This document shows, piece after piece, positions 21,661 to 34,229 of a stretch of 64,000 nt of DNA. Positions within the stretch are counted from its first letter, which is position 1, and each line of letters starts with the position of its first letter. Source of the DNA: Selaginella moellendorffii (taxonomy: Eukaryota; Plantae; Lycopodiophyta); assembly GCF_000143415.4 (NCBI RefSeq), contig NW_003314320.1:1067231-1131230 (forward strand). Reading direction: 5' to 3'. The position numbers and the translations under genes were made by a program. The notes under the pieces were generated by a model that saw only the letters and a list, made by a program, of their open reading frames with translations, did no database searches and was not told where the DNA came from.

Positions 21661-24360
21661 TCAATAGAAGAAAAACGTGCAACCATCACGAAACTTAAAT
21701 GTATCAATGACCTTGTCTAGATCAGTGGAAAGAAGGCACAAAGAAACTTGTCAAGCATCAGCAAGACAAAAGCACATAAGTTACTTTGGACAACTCTCTA
21801 TGACGAAATCAAAAAAGATTAAAGAACTTGAATCATTGTTACAAAGTTGTACATTTGTACAGGACAGAATGTAACATTTAATCTACTTGGAGAAGCTTGA
21901 GTCCCAAGTTTTCAAGTTAAGTTTAAGTGACCAAACACCATAGATATATAATTTCCATCCGTGAAATATGATCCAGAGCATGATTGTCTCTGATATTTTT
22001 ATCTTTTGACCATGGTGTGCCCCCTAAGATCCTTTCGCCTGTTTTCACATACCATCTTTGTTCCGGTTTCGTTTATGGCTCTGTCAATCTTGCATTACAC
22101 TCTTTCTCCATTTTCCTCACAAAGTTTACCAACAAGCTCCCGAGATGAGTAACACCTCCTAATACCCTCTCCACAATAAGATTGTATGTCCATTCCCGTC
22201 CCTGAAAGAAAAAGATACTTACCATGTGTAAGGAGATAAGCTCCAGAGCCTTCACAGCTTTTCATGAAACTGCCAAGCTTCAGTTTCGCCTTCACAAGGA
22301 GGTACTTGGTTTACGTGATGCTTTGGTCGAGTTAGTTAGAAGTCCCTAACTTCAAGCTGTTTTAGCTATAAGATGAAACAAAAAAACTATGAACTAAAAA
22401 CTATAGTACCTACGAACATCATGCTTCGTAAGGCACTCTCCAGGTACTTCAAATGAGTAGTGCAAGAGGAAGTGCCAGAGTAATACTGAACTCGGGGCGG
22501 AAAACTTCTTGAGAGGCAGCCACGTCTCCACACTTCCTATAGAATGTGATGAGTGAGCACGCAAGTAGTGGATTCCGTCCAGATTTCTCTTCCAGATCTG
22601 CGAGTGGAGCCTCTTCGCCTAAGTCGCCCCGTGCCTTGAGCGCCACCACGAAAGTCTGAGCGTTTGGCTGCCGGCTTGCTCATAGCGCTCGAGAGCAAAG
22701 GTTGTTCTCGGTGTATCCCAGGAAACGACGTTTTGCTGCTCCATGCAAAGTCTCAGCGTTTGGAGGTAGGCCAGCTTCTCGTTGCATCCGATAGAAGAAG
22801 TGCATGTCCCATGACGATCGTGTTCCAGGCATGTTTCTTCGTCCTCCCGAACACTTCTGACGCTTCCACATGTCCACGAGGCTGCTTGCGACAAATGAAT
22901 CTGCTTCGTATTCACAATTTGTGAGGCGAGAGTGTTGCTTTCCAGGTAGACCAACCTATCCTGTTCTTCGTCCCATCTTGTCGAACAACCTGTGTTGCAA
23001 GCCGCAGTGTAGACTTCGACCATACTTTCACAATTGCACTTGCTTGATTCCCGGCTTATGATGCTCTTGACTCTGGAGAAACTTATCTGGCCACTATGCC
23101 CTGTACTGCTTCTTCTCATCGAAGTTGAGATTTGAGCGCCTGCAAGAATAGAGAGCAAAAGTAGTACGTTACATTTTCTCAAACCTTTCGTCTCGAGCAA
23201 CCTCTCTGGCCTTTGGAGGTGCACCAACGTCTGCTCCCTTGTCACCTCTAGAGGATAGCTCGTAAATCCTTCATCAAATCGAAACTTGGTAGGTTCTTGC
23301 TCTGCCTTCCAATCCATGTTCCGAGCCAGTTGTGTCATAACTTCCAAGTCTGGCGACTTCCACCAGTCAACCCTTGTATGTGATCTCTGGGTGAGATCAC
23401 CGTCAGTGAGCAAGAACCTACTGTCTTCTTGCTCTGCAACCTCATCTCCTTGAAGATTGATTCTACACAATCTTCCCTGTGACAACACATGCACTGTGCT
23501 GACTTACGTGTCACTGCCAGTGTTGGCAGGACACTTTGTGGAGAATTCCAGTGTACCATTGCTGTGGGAACCACGAGTGTGAGCATCCAGCTGTTTCTTC
23601 TCAGTCGGAGAATCGTCCACCACATCTGCCACCCGGGCTCCTGAAAGATCGCATTCCTGCGCTGCTTCCTTTGAGATAACATGCATCGCTCAATCACGAA
23701 ATGCTCTCCACAGTATAGGTATGATATTTCAAAAAGAGAAATGGATATCTTTCCAATCCTAATGTCCTACTTGCAGTGACACGCCACTTTGCATACTTTG
23801 AATAACGAAACTCTTTTTTTCTCGTTTTTCAACTTAGCACTCATTGAATGGGATCATGGAGACACAAGCCATCAGCGTGCACAAACTACTTCCTCTGCAG
23901 AAAACTGGGGAAAGAAACACGAGATAAATATCTATCCATTGCTGTTTTGATAGTCTCACGGTGCCCAACTGAAAGCATGAGACTGATAGATGCAAAAATG
24001 CAAGTTGGATTATCTTTGTCATGTAGATGGCATCCTTGTTGTCTTCACGCTCCTGCCTACCAGTATTCTTTTTCTCGGCCGGTGGAGGTCTCTTATTATG
24101 GTTGCCTCTATTGCAGACACAACATATCAAAGTAGTTTCCATAATGTCAGAGGCAAAAGCAAAAGAATTAACCCATCTGGGTACTGGAATAAAAGCCAGT
24201 TTGTCACAGACGGTAGAGCAGCAATCCAGTGACCCAACAGTGGAGGGAATTAGCACCATCCGGTTTTACTTCTTCATCGTGGATCCTTAGCTCCTCAAGA
24301 GGTCAACCATAGTCAACACCAGTAAAATCGGTCAAAACTCTTGGAATGATTGAAAATAGT

Positions 24361-24433
24361 TGGAGATGCTAGGTATCAATCCCGGTGCCTCTCGCATGCT
24401 AAGAAAGCACTCTACCATCTGAGTTACATCCCC
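24361..24433 (-). pseudogene. tRNA-Ala(AGC) pseudogene
   Basis: GGGGATGTAACTCAGATGGTAGAGTGCTTTCTTAGCATGCGAGAGGCACCGGGATTGATACCTAGCATCTCCA. Mispairs in the anticodon and T stems, T4 terminator downstream. Confidence 0.85.
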
Positions 24434-26104
24434 TTAGCATAGAAACAAAAATGCAAGGCTTTTCTCTTCACCAGTCTAGTACTCATCCTTGGAGATTCTG
24501 GTGTCTTTTGTCGCATTTCAAAAGTTTTTTGATTGATTCTAGAGCTCTCAGTTATGCTGTGTAGTGTTAGTTATCCGGTTAGTTGGGTAAAATTGATGTA
24601 TTTGGAGTCTTAAACTTTAGTTGAAAGAAGCTTTAAATTTGAAAAGGACACTTTACAACAATAACAACAAAATAAACATTAGCACTTTCTCAAGAAATTC
24701 TAAAAATGAGAAAAAATAAATATGTGAAAATTACAAATGCATAATTATATGAAGCAAAGGCAACATACTCAAGGGCATTATAGTTAAAGGCAAAAGTTAA
24801 AAGTCTTAACATTATACCATCATTACAAGTATATAATTCTCAATTATAGAATTGATACTATAAATAAAAAGATTTACAACATCACAATAAACTAATGCCT
24901 ATACATATACTACTTTTGGTGAGTCTTTAATCCCTTATAAACATATGCATTTTATATATTTTATGGTTTTTGGGATGGATCCAAATGTTAAAATTTGGAT
25001 TCACTGCAATATCTTGATATGAGGGGTTTATGATATTGAAAAAGAACTAGATATTGGTATTGTATTTGAATTTGATATATATTTATAAATAAACTTTTAC
25101 TTATAAATAACAAAGGACATTCTTTAAAGTTACACTCAAATGGATTTTATAATAGTAATTGTATATTTAGTAATACTAAATATAGTGAATTTATTCTTTA
25201 AATTACAAAAATATTGCCACTCAGATATAAATATTATTTAAATTTCAGTTTTTAAAAAAAATACCTGTTTAATAAAAATATTGCCACAAAAAAATTAAGA
25301 AAATATCCTTTCGTGTACCAGAATATTTTTAAAATGTTCTTAGTGACTCCTTTTGCTCTCTATATTATCAGATCTGTATAGGACTACATTAAGTTGTACA
25401 TTCTTGAGGTCAGTAGGAAGGCATTGATTTGCTTGTTACAACTTACAAGTTCCAAATGCATTAGTTTGGTTTTGGTACAAGATCCAGGCAGGACAACATG
25501 CTTGGAATACAAGGAATGGAGAGAGGCCACCTTGAAACAAAATCCATCACCTAGCAAGCTTTTAATAATTAGTTTCTTTGAATTGATCAAGCATGCCTAA
25601 TATCTCTATTTGTTTGTTCAGAAAAGCAAATGCACTTAAATTTTGAAAGAATGTGAAGGTGACGTTTCCAGTTTTGAGATTTTGTAAGAATAAAAAGTTA
25701 CTCATTTTAAAAGACTTTTAGCTATACAAATATGTAGCTAAATATGTTTACTAGCAAACCAAAATACCAAATAATATTAGTGTTTAGGCAATTTGATTGG
25801 TACAAAAGACCATTTTATATTGTGTTGGTTTTACCAATTGCTTTACTCATCCTCTTGCATAACACTGCAAAGCAAAACACTATCCCTTTTCCTCCTCCTC
25901 TTGTGAATACTATTACTATATTATGTATTATTATTATAAGCATTAGTAACATTCTTCATGGTTGCCTGCAGATTCAGCTGCTTGGCTATAGAAACTTGCT
26001 GGAGATGGTGGTCTTTCCAAAGCTCATCTCTCAAAAGGCTCTTGAAATGCAACAAAAGCTGCCAGAATCTCCAAGGATGAGTATTAGCAAATCTTCAGGT
26101 GGTG

Positions 26105-26545
26105 GTGATGGATCATCAAAATGATGCTTACTACTAATAAACGGTATTAGTTTTCATGTGTGGTTGCTTTGCTATAGTGATGTTAGCAGATGAAAAGCCT
26201 CACTCAATGCCCGCTCGCTCGTAAACACTGTAACCAAGTGTAGCCACGGTAGATTCGCCTAACGATGGCAAGGCCATGTCCTGATCGGAAAGACACTTGT
26301 GACGAGAACGTAGGGAACGAAGGCTAGCTTTTCTACTTAATTCGATTTGTTCCTACTGCCTCTGATGGCCGAAGTGACCTTACTTAGGATCACGCTTCTG
26401 ACAAAGTCTATTTCTTTTTCTCTTCTCTCACTGTTTGGCGTATCACAGCGATTTAATCCTGCTTCGATCGTATCCGCATCTGGACGTCACCATGACATTT
26501 GAGCTTGATCTTACAGAAGGCATGATCCTCGTCATTCCTCCTCAC
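26105..26545 (+). repeat. Degenerate block duplicated with deletions at ~31595-31860
   Basis: Shared GATGGATCATCAAAATGA, TAGTGATGTT.GCAG, ATCCGCATCTGGA.GT...CATGACATTTGA..GATCTTACAGAAGGC.TGAT..CGTCATTCCTCCTC. Confidence 0.75.
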
Positions 26546-28044
26546 TGAACTTGTCGTAGCCGACGCAGTAAACAACGTTCCACCACAAGCACGTCTTGAG
26601 ATCATTGAGCAGAGCAGATCTGATGTCTTGCTCTTGATTCCCGAGGCTTTTGGTAGCTACGTTGATCTGGATGAGACTTCTCTGGGAAGTCTTTGGAAGC
26701 CTCTGGCACTGCGTTGTGGAAACGCTTTTCCTGCTGCCTTGACTTTGGAACCGCTTCGCTGGAGCTCTTCGTTGCCTCGCCATCCTCAGTCGCTGATGTC
26801 GGAGGCTTCAGCCTTGATCTGGTCCGCGTTTTTTGCTCGTGACGTATTCCTTCGTCTCCACAAGCTCGCAAATTCTTCCCAGGACCAGGAAATAAGCATC
26901 GTCTGCATAGTCGAAACAATGTAGAGCATCAAGAGGATGGAAGTCACGGCCGTCTTGGCCGTCTGTGTAGCTGCTAGTGGCGAGTAGAGATCGTACGCTG
27001 CTTACTTTGTGATGTCCGTTATCTGGGACGCGAACTTCTCTCCTTGATCCTGGGAAGTCAAGCTCTCGAGAACTTTGATATCCAGGTGTGAGTTCAGCTC
27101 ACTCATGTTTGGATCGTGAGCACCGGTTCCTCTTCTCATACTCTAGTGTCCATTTCCGCTTTATCCTCGCGCCAGCACCTCGTACAGTGAGAAGAACTAA
27201 AGAAAAGAACAAGAGAAACTTACATTGCATTCAAGTGTGACTTTTCCACCACAGAGAGCTCCAATCGCGTCCTTCAAGCCTCATTAATGTGTAAAACCAG
27301 CTTCTCGCTTCTCTTTGGTTCGTACATTGGCAACGAGTAGCCGGAAAAAAAAAATTCCCCGCGTTCCTGGGAGCCATTTAAATAAACTTTGGTCACTAAC
27401 GAAGCTCGTAAAGCTTACTCTATCAGACGTGTCGCAGTCCCAAGAAGAGCTTCCTGTCGTGAGGTAAAAGACGAAGAAACCATGGTCGTCGTGGCTCAAA
27501 CTTCACACTCTAAAAGCCTGAAAGAAGAAAGTGACCAGGAATACTCCACTCAATCGTACCGCTTCGTATAAATACTGCTGGTCGGTAAAAGAAATCAGCT
27601 GAGCAGTCCGCCACCTATCTCGGCTTTGCTGCTCGATTCGTTCTCGTCGAGCTTCCGGAATCCGGACAGTGTCTCCCCGGCAGCACCGATCTATCCTTGC
27701 GTAGGGGACGTCCTGGAAATCAAGTGCCACAAGAACGCAAAGATCCCAAAGGGACAGACTACGAGAGCTGGAGAAGCTCTCGCCACGGTCTGGGCTAAAG
27801 ACTAGAAAAGGAAAACTGTTACCGGAGAGAGCGATCCATCGCCGGAGGCTTTTCTGGATTGGAAGATGTCGGCGATCAGTCACTGGAGGAGTACAAGAGC
27901 GTATATTTCACCTGCATTGCCCCGATCGAGCGCGCTTCAAAAGAAAGCCGAGACCTTTCCTCCGGCAGGGTAGCCGCGCTCCCGGCGATCAAGAAAACGC
28001 GCTCCCTTGCAGAAATCCCTAAAAAGAAAAAAAAAACCACGAAC

Positions 28045-28069
<25 letters not shown>
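28045..28069. repeat. (GA)n microsatellite followed by GAGAAT repeats
   Basis: Directly visible. Confidence 0.9.
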
Positions 28070-28077
<8 letters not shown>

Positions 28078-28078
28078 A

Positions 28079-28934
28079 ATGAGAATGAGAATGAGCTTCG
28101 TTTCTCTCCTGCTTGTGCTTGCTTCTGGGATTTCGATTGCCCGGATTTTCGTGGAGAGCATCGTCCCCAGCTCCGTCTTTGACCAGGCTCTTTCTGTCTC
28201 GCAGCCTCCGACGTGGGCTTACTGGATGGGAATCGCATCGACCATCGTCTCGTTTCTCGCAAGCTTGCCGGTCGTCTTGGTTGCTTTCGATGAATTTCCA
28301 GCCCGCAGTCCAAGCTGAGGAGGTCGAAAATCCAGTGCCAGTCGGATCGGTGGCAGTGCTAGCCACGAGCACGCTCGGATTTTTCCACTTTCTTGCGACC
28401 AGCGAGAAGTGGATGTTTACCAAATCTTCGTGGTCACAGCTCGCGCGATGGGTCTCGACTTTCACTGCTGCCCTCTACGGGATCTCTGCGTCACAGCTTC
28501 CCATAGCCAAGGTGATTAAAGTTGGTGCATCTCTCTTTCTTTACGCCACGGCGGCAGTGGCTTCCCCGATTTTCGCACAAGACTTTGCTCGGGATGTGCA
28601 CGGAGCTTTCACAGCGTTGGTCTACACTTACGGACTGTTCTGGGGCGTTCCTTTTGTGCTGAGAGGACTGCTTTCGTTTCACCACTGCTTCGGGACCATG
28701 CTATCCCGAGTTTTCGAGGTACGTTCGTTCGTGAAGCCCACAGCACAGCTTGGTTTTACCACAGAGTGGCGATTCATCACGAGCAGTGCGTTAAGCACCT
28801 TGTCATCGCTTATGTGGGTGTTCTATAGCTCGTTTGAGGAACATCACCATGGACACTTCGTTATCTCTATCGTTGCTACTGTCTGCGGAGCGCTGCTTGG
28901 TGTGTGGCAGTTTCTACAGAAGAGTTGGAAGTAA
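28079..28934 (+). CDS. Highly divergent SWEET/MtN3-like membrane protein with a frame change at ~28270-28315
   Basis: MGIASTIVSFLASLP resembles SWEET TM1. SALSTLSSLMWVFYSS...ISIVATVCGALLGVWQFL resembles TM6-7. The two halves lie in different frames (28007 and 28113 ORFs). Confidence 0.55.
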
Positions 28935-28971
28935 AATATCGATTAATGACATAACTATAACAAATACAAAT

Positions 28972-29271
28972 CTATAAGAAAGATTCCTTAAAGGGATCAT
29001 CTTTCTTTGAAGACCATCCTCGATTCTTATTAGACTTTTGATCTTGGATTGTCTCGATTATTATTGTCACAGTTTCTAGCTTTGACCTAGGAAGTTTTAC
29101 TATATCACCCCAAGTCCAACCTTCCCTGATTTTCACGTTGTTTATAATCAATACATCGGGCTCTTTGAAGTTGAAACTCTTTTTGATCCTTGCAATATCT
29201 ATTTTCCAGTCTGGCCAAGCAATAAATCCAAATTTCTTGCCTTTTTCTGAAACTAACCAGATTATGCACAT
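28972..29271 (-). CDS. 99-aa single-domain protein sharing its domain with the N-terminus of ORF 57662; decayed copy at ~31890-32080
   Basis: ATG-to-TAG ORF. IIWLVSEKGKKFGFIAWPDWKIDIARIKKSFNFKEPDVLII aligns with AVWVKGNGEEARLFRLHNSKYLMLCSIAAHWGFDPDTLLV. Confidence 0.45.
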   Translation of the reverse strand: MCIIWLVSEKGKKFGFIAWPDWKIDIARIKKSFNFKEPDVLIINNVKIREGWTWGDIVKLPRSKLETVTIIIETIQDQKSNKNRGWSSKKDDPFKESFL

Positions 29272-30468
29272 CTCTCTCTGAAAAGTCCTTTGATGATCTA
29301 GTTTTATACCACAAAAATAAGTATATTCTAGAATCTTCGAAGGAACCTATTTTTGGATTAATTTATTTGGTAAGAAAAATAAAGTCCTGATTTTGTTAAT
29401 AGTTAAATATCAGCATTTCTTCAATCTGAAACTTTGACTCTTACATTTCCTTCCTTGTCTCTTATGAGTGTTCAAGGTGCATTGGTTAGTTTTGTAAGAC
29501 ATTAGCTTTATAGCCTATAATTTCTAGCTCCAAGTTCCTCCAAGTGAGCTTACCTGAATAGATACTTCCACCATGCTATGGAGATTCCTCAAATGGAGCA
29601 CCTTGAGTGTTTTGACAGTTATCTCAACTATAACTGGATTGAGAACTTTGGAGTGGCTCATGGTCAATTCCTTTTGTTTCAGCATAGGATTAGGCTGAAT
29701 CACTGTTACTATTTGAGAAGGTTTCAATTGATGTATTGGTGGACAATTTTCAGCAAAAGAGGTTTGGTGAGGAGAAAATAGATTACCAACTCCACTCCAA
29801 GCTTTTTGCATTCTGACAACATCATCAATAATCTGTAGTAGATTATATAGTCAAATTTAAGAAGTGTTGGAAGCTATGCTTGGCCAAGAGTATTGCGACA
29901 TACAAGAAGCTTATCACCACAACTTTCATGCAAAGGTCGTAAGGTCGTAATCTCCGAACAAAGAATTTTCTTCACTATTTCACTGAGGGGGCACTCTGGA
30001 TAAAAAAAAGAGAGAATCAAAATCAAAAGAGAACTTTCGTAAATGTCTGGAAAACCTCTCTTTGTTGTGGAGCAACATCTGTGACGAGAAAGAGGAGACT
30101 TCAGTACATACCCACCGTATTCAAGGTCTTCTTTCAGCCTTGCAAGTTGATCCGTGATACTGGCTATTCGCCTTGTTGCCGGACGTGGAGGATGATAAGC
30201 CAAGCTGCTTCTCCTCGGATCGTGGAGCTCAGCCTGGCACTTTGAGATCTTCCACCCGCTTCTCATGCGCGAAAAAGAGAATCTGCAAAGCAGTCTGCAG
30301 AGAAAATCTTCTTTCCATAGGATTGACCAACTTCAGCATAGGTGTATATGATATGGCGTTTCGTATTCAACTGAATATTCGGAAGCTTTTTGGATCAAAC
30401 AAATTTGCTTGGCGGCGGCTTGACGCATCCAAGCCAGAAAAATACTCATGAAACATTTACAAAGTTCA

Positions 30469-30535
30469 TGACAGCTATGGGACTTGACCCCACGCCCTTG
30501 AGGATTGGAGCCTAAGACCACTCGGCCAAGCTGTC
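30469..30535 (-). pseudogene. tRNA-Leu(TAG) pseudogene with internal deletion
   Basis: GACAGCTTGGCCGAGTGGTC/TTAGGCTCCAATCCTCAAGGGCGTGGGGTCAAGTCCCATAGCTGTCA. About 13 nt (3' D-stem and 5' anticodon stem) are missing. Confidence 0.82.
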
Positions 30536-32759
30536 ATATATTTGGCAAATCATTCTATTCAATTAACAACGCTTCAACGGGAAGAGCTCACATCTTGTAA
30601 TCACCAAAATCATTTCCCTGGTTTTTGTTCTAGTTGCTTCGTTTTCTTTCCTGGCCTGGAGCTTTCAGCCTCATCCTCTTCCTCCAGGTGAGCAGGAAGG
30701 AAATATCTTCTTTCAATCTACAGATGGATTCTTCAGAAGTTCGCGGATCTTCGGTCTTGATCGGGCGATGTCACTGCACCATGTCCAAGCTCCCACCATA
30801 AACTCCACGATCTGATGGAGTTTCTGAAGGGAGAGGTCTGTTTCCTCCTTCCAGACAACTGGAAAAACTAATAAGCACCAGAAAGACAGCTCCAACATAC
30901 GCAGGTAAGAAAATTGAGCACTCAAGATATTAGATGCGTCGATGCGTATCCTCCAAGCGTTGCTTCAGAGATCGCCACTGCGATCACGATGGTGCTCAAA
31001 GGCGTATCGTCTTTGAGGACTGTAAGCGGCACCTTCAAATTTACTGGCTTAGAGAAAACTCGTAAATGCAGAGGTATGCGTACGCTAGGGAGGTGAGACG
31101 CTCAGATTTAAAACTAATGGCTTTTCAAGTTCCTGAGCGATTTCGATTTTCTTGTTTCTCGACAGATCAAGGACGCGAGGAAAGTTGGAAGAGATGTTCT
31201 AAAACACACTAAAGAATCCGGAAGCTTTTGCATAGGTTTGGATTTCCTCAATCTCATGGTTTTGTGCCAGCAGGCATCAAATTAGCATTCTTGGCCTATT
31301 TCGAAGGGTGTGAAGGAGAACAGGTGCGCAGCTATCTACATGGAACTTGTGAATTTAGTGCGATATTAATATCTATATTTAGTTTAAAATTTCAATATAT
31401 ACAGATTTTGGAAAAGGCATCATATTAGGTTATTAACAATGACATCATGCATCCTATGGGTTCTTGCGGGCTGGGAGATGGAGTCACAAAAGGAAGCTCG
31501 CAAGCTCAGGGAATCAGCACAAAGGTCGAAAAGAAAAACAGGATGGCTTCTCCGAGCGTTGCTGTCATTGTCGCAGAGGATGAGAAGAAAAGGCGATGGA
31601 TCATCAAAATGATCAATTGTGGCTAGATTTTTTAAAGGATTGAATCGAGCGATGTTTTTTTTTATGTCTGTCTATAATGGTAGTGATGTTGGCAGCTGCT
31701 GGATTGTCATCAAAGAGGCGTCACCACCAGATCCATGCCCGCGTGCTAACGCAGGGAACAAAGGTGTGTTTGTGTAGCTTTATCCCATCCGCATCTGGAT
31801 GTTGGCATGACATTTGACATCGAGGATCTTACAGAAGGCGTGATTCGTCATTCCTCCTCCGATGCCATAAGATCCATTGGCTATAAGGTTTAAAATTTAG
31901 ATTAATGAAATAACTCTTTAAAGGGATCATTGATTGAACCATCTGCACAGTCTCTATCTTCGACTGAGGAATTCTATAATATCATCACACATCCATATTC
32001 CACTTTTCTGGATTTTTAAATTGTTTATAATCAATATTTCAAACTCCTCTTTTTGGTTTGCTTAAGCAAACTTATGGAAATATTCTTGGATATTCTAGAA
32101 TTTTTTACCATCTAACAGTTGTTATTCATTTAGATTAATTTCGTATTTATAATTTATAAACATGTTTATAATCTATAAAATTTCTTAATCACTTTCTAGT
32201 ATATTCTAGTTTATTCTCCCATCTAATGGTTGATTAATCTTGTGTTTATAAATTATAAAAATGTTTATAATTATAAAGTTCCACTATAAAGCAAACCATG
32301 GAACACACAGCAAATTATTCATTTTTGCAGTCGATTTTCAGATTATACACCGAAAATAACTAGTTTTAAACTTTATTTAAATATTTGCCTCTAGTCGTCA
32401 GTTTTAACAGTTGCGTATCGGATGCCGTTTTGATGCCCGTCAAATCTGACGTGTTTGTGACGTGCCAGACGGGCTGGTGTCAGGAACGCTAGAACAACAA
32501 AGTCTTGAAAGGCTGTTCACAACAGAGGAAGAGAAAGGCTTTTGACAACATTGTTCTTGAGTTGGCATTATGCTTCTCATTTTATCTTATCATTATTATT
32601 ATATACGAATTATGGTTCTTTATTTTGTATATTTTAATAACAATATAACTAGCACCTATCAATGTTTCTCTTATTAGAGATATGATATTATTTTTTCCTT
32701 CTCATCAATATTTTGTACATATTTTATGGCACTCTGAGAACACTCTGTCATTCTCAACT

Positions 32760-33150
32760 CGGATTGGTCTTCGAAGATTTTAGCTGAATTTTAGTCCCAT
32801 CCTACGATCGCAAAATCAGGCGTAATCAGCACGGTTGAGAGAAGGAAATACATGAAATCTGTATATAATTTACCAGCATGTCGCTGTTGGACAAGTTATC
32901 AAAGAGCGAACCCTCTACGACGAGCCATCCTCCGAGATTTACAGCATGAACCGGTGCCTGGCCTGTGACGAGTATGACTGTATCTCCTGAGAGAGCATCG
33001 ACCAAAACCATAGAGGAAGAATCATAGAAAATTTATAGAACAGGTCTGCAATGCAAGCAGAACCAACAAGATGAGAGGTGGAGACATTTTCCTAATGATT
33101 CTGCTAAAGATTGTTCGTTTATAATGGGAATGACCGTGAAGGACCATGAG
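32760..33150 (-). pseudogene. GH5 glucan 1,3-beta-glucosidase 5' fragment
   Basis: VHAVNLGGWLVVEGSLFDNLSNSDML|DGTKIQLKS. Inverted homolog of 36420-36700. Confidence 0.75.
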
Positions 33151-33159
33151 CTATAGACT

Positions 33160-34075
33160 GACTCCCACTACTTTTCTAATTGACTTACTAAACCTGCTTC
33201 ACGCCTTTAGAAAAAGCCATGAGAATACCTGCTTCCTGGCCTCTCTCCTGCAACGCATTGAAAACAAAGCAGTAGGAACCAGCGGATCAAACTGCAAAAT
33301 CCCGCTGTCCAAGATACTACTGTGGATGATCTTTGTTGCAACAATCTTTTCCTGACGCCCATTTCTCTAAACACTCGCACTTGCATCTCTGAAACTCCCA
33401 TGTTAGCTGTAAGCAGCGATCATTACCGTCCAAGTTCCCAGTTCTTTTTTGAGGCAGCTTGTGAAACACGGCCTTTGCTCTTCCTTCTGGGAAAATTCGA
33501 TGGACAGAGAGTTGATAGTCTTATGTTATCTGTAAGCAGCGATCATTACCGTCCAAGTCCCCAGTTCAAACACGGCCTTTGCGCCTTCCTACTGGGAAAA
33601 TTTGATAATCAGAGACTTGACAGAAGCGCCACTCCACTGGGGCATGCTTAGAAAAATCCCCATTGCGCGATCAAGGAAGTTTTCCTAGGATATGCTTCAA
33701 AGGTCTTGCAAGCGTCTTCAATCCTTCCACTATCACCATAAACTGATACCATTGCGATCCAGGCAGATGAATCCCTCTGTGGCATCGGCGGCATCTTCTC
33801 AAACACTTCAGCCACCTCGCAACAATTCCCATGTTGGCCATATAGCACGGCAGGAGATTAGTTTTCTCCAGAATCTTGGGCTTCGTCACACTGGTGATAA
33901 TCTCTGTAAGCTCTTAGCAAAAGAGTACTAGACACTACATTTGTTAATACTCTCAAACGCTTGGGACATATACACACTGATCAATGGTTGCTTTGTTGGA
34001 CACAACCCTGGATCATCAAATTACAAGATGCCAGGAAATACTGCTCTGCAGCATCTTGTCAAAGACACTGGCTTG
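33160..34075 (-). pseudogene. Deletion-riddled tandem copy of the 3' half of the adjacent PPR gene (34150-35230)
   Basis: Shared ACCAGCGGATCAAACTGCAAAATCCCGCTGTCCAAGATACTA and ACTCCACTGGGGCATGCTTAGAAAAATCCCCA; peptide AEVFEKMP..QRD.SAWIAMVSVYG. Confidence 0.88.
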
Positions 34076-34123
34076 TGACAAGATCATCTTGTCAAAGATG
34101 ATCACCAGAGCAGTATTTCCTGG
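34031..34123. repeat. 93-nt fold-back with a perfect 18-bp outer stem
   Basis: CCAGGAAATACTGCTCTG (34031-34048) / CAGAGCAGTATTTCCTGG (34106-34123). Inner CATCTT/AAGATG and ATCTTGTCA/TGACAAGAT pairings. Confidence 0.9.
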
Positions 34124-34229
34124 ACAAATCCTGAAATGAATTTAAAGGTCTCCCACTGGAATTTGCAAAGAATGAATAATTTATGGCCTTTAGTGTGTAA
34201 GAGAGTACTTTTCGAATCATCTAATTACC

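Larger units (their letters stand above)
19531..23691. repeat. Large degenerate inverted repeat (arms ~19531-21130 and ~21890-23691) made of decayed gene fragments
   Basis: Near-identical peptides on opposite strands (VVDDSLTEKKQLEAHTRGSHSNGT vs VVDDSPTEKKQLDAHTRGSHSNGT; MQREAGLPPNAETLHGAAKRRFLG in both). The inner AT-rich sequence 21009-21130 also pairs with 21890-21950. Confidence 0.92.

Noticed and set aside
26550-27900. Exon/intron-like pieces on the minus strand (also 30600-31350 on plus and 23830-24330)
   Set aside because: Splice-like signals are present, but I could not build a consistent ORF or recognise a family.
29524-30266. Possible F-box/LRR-like remnant on the minus strand (LKVLHLRNLHSMVEVSIQVSSL)
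   Set aside because: The similarity is too weak and fragmented to call.
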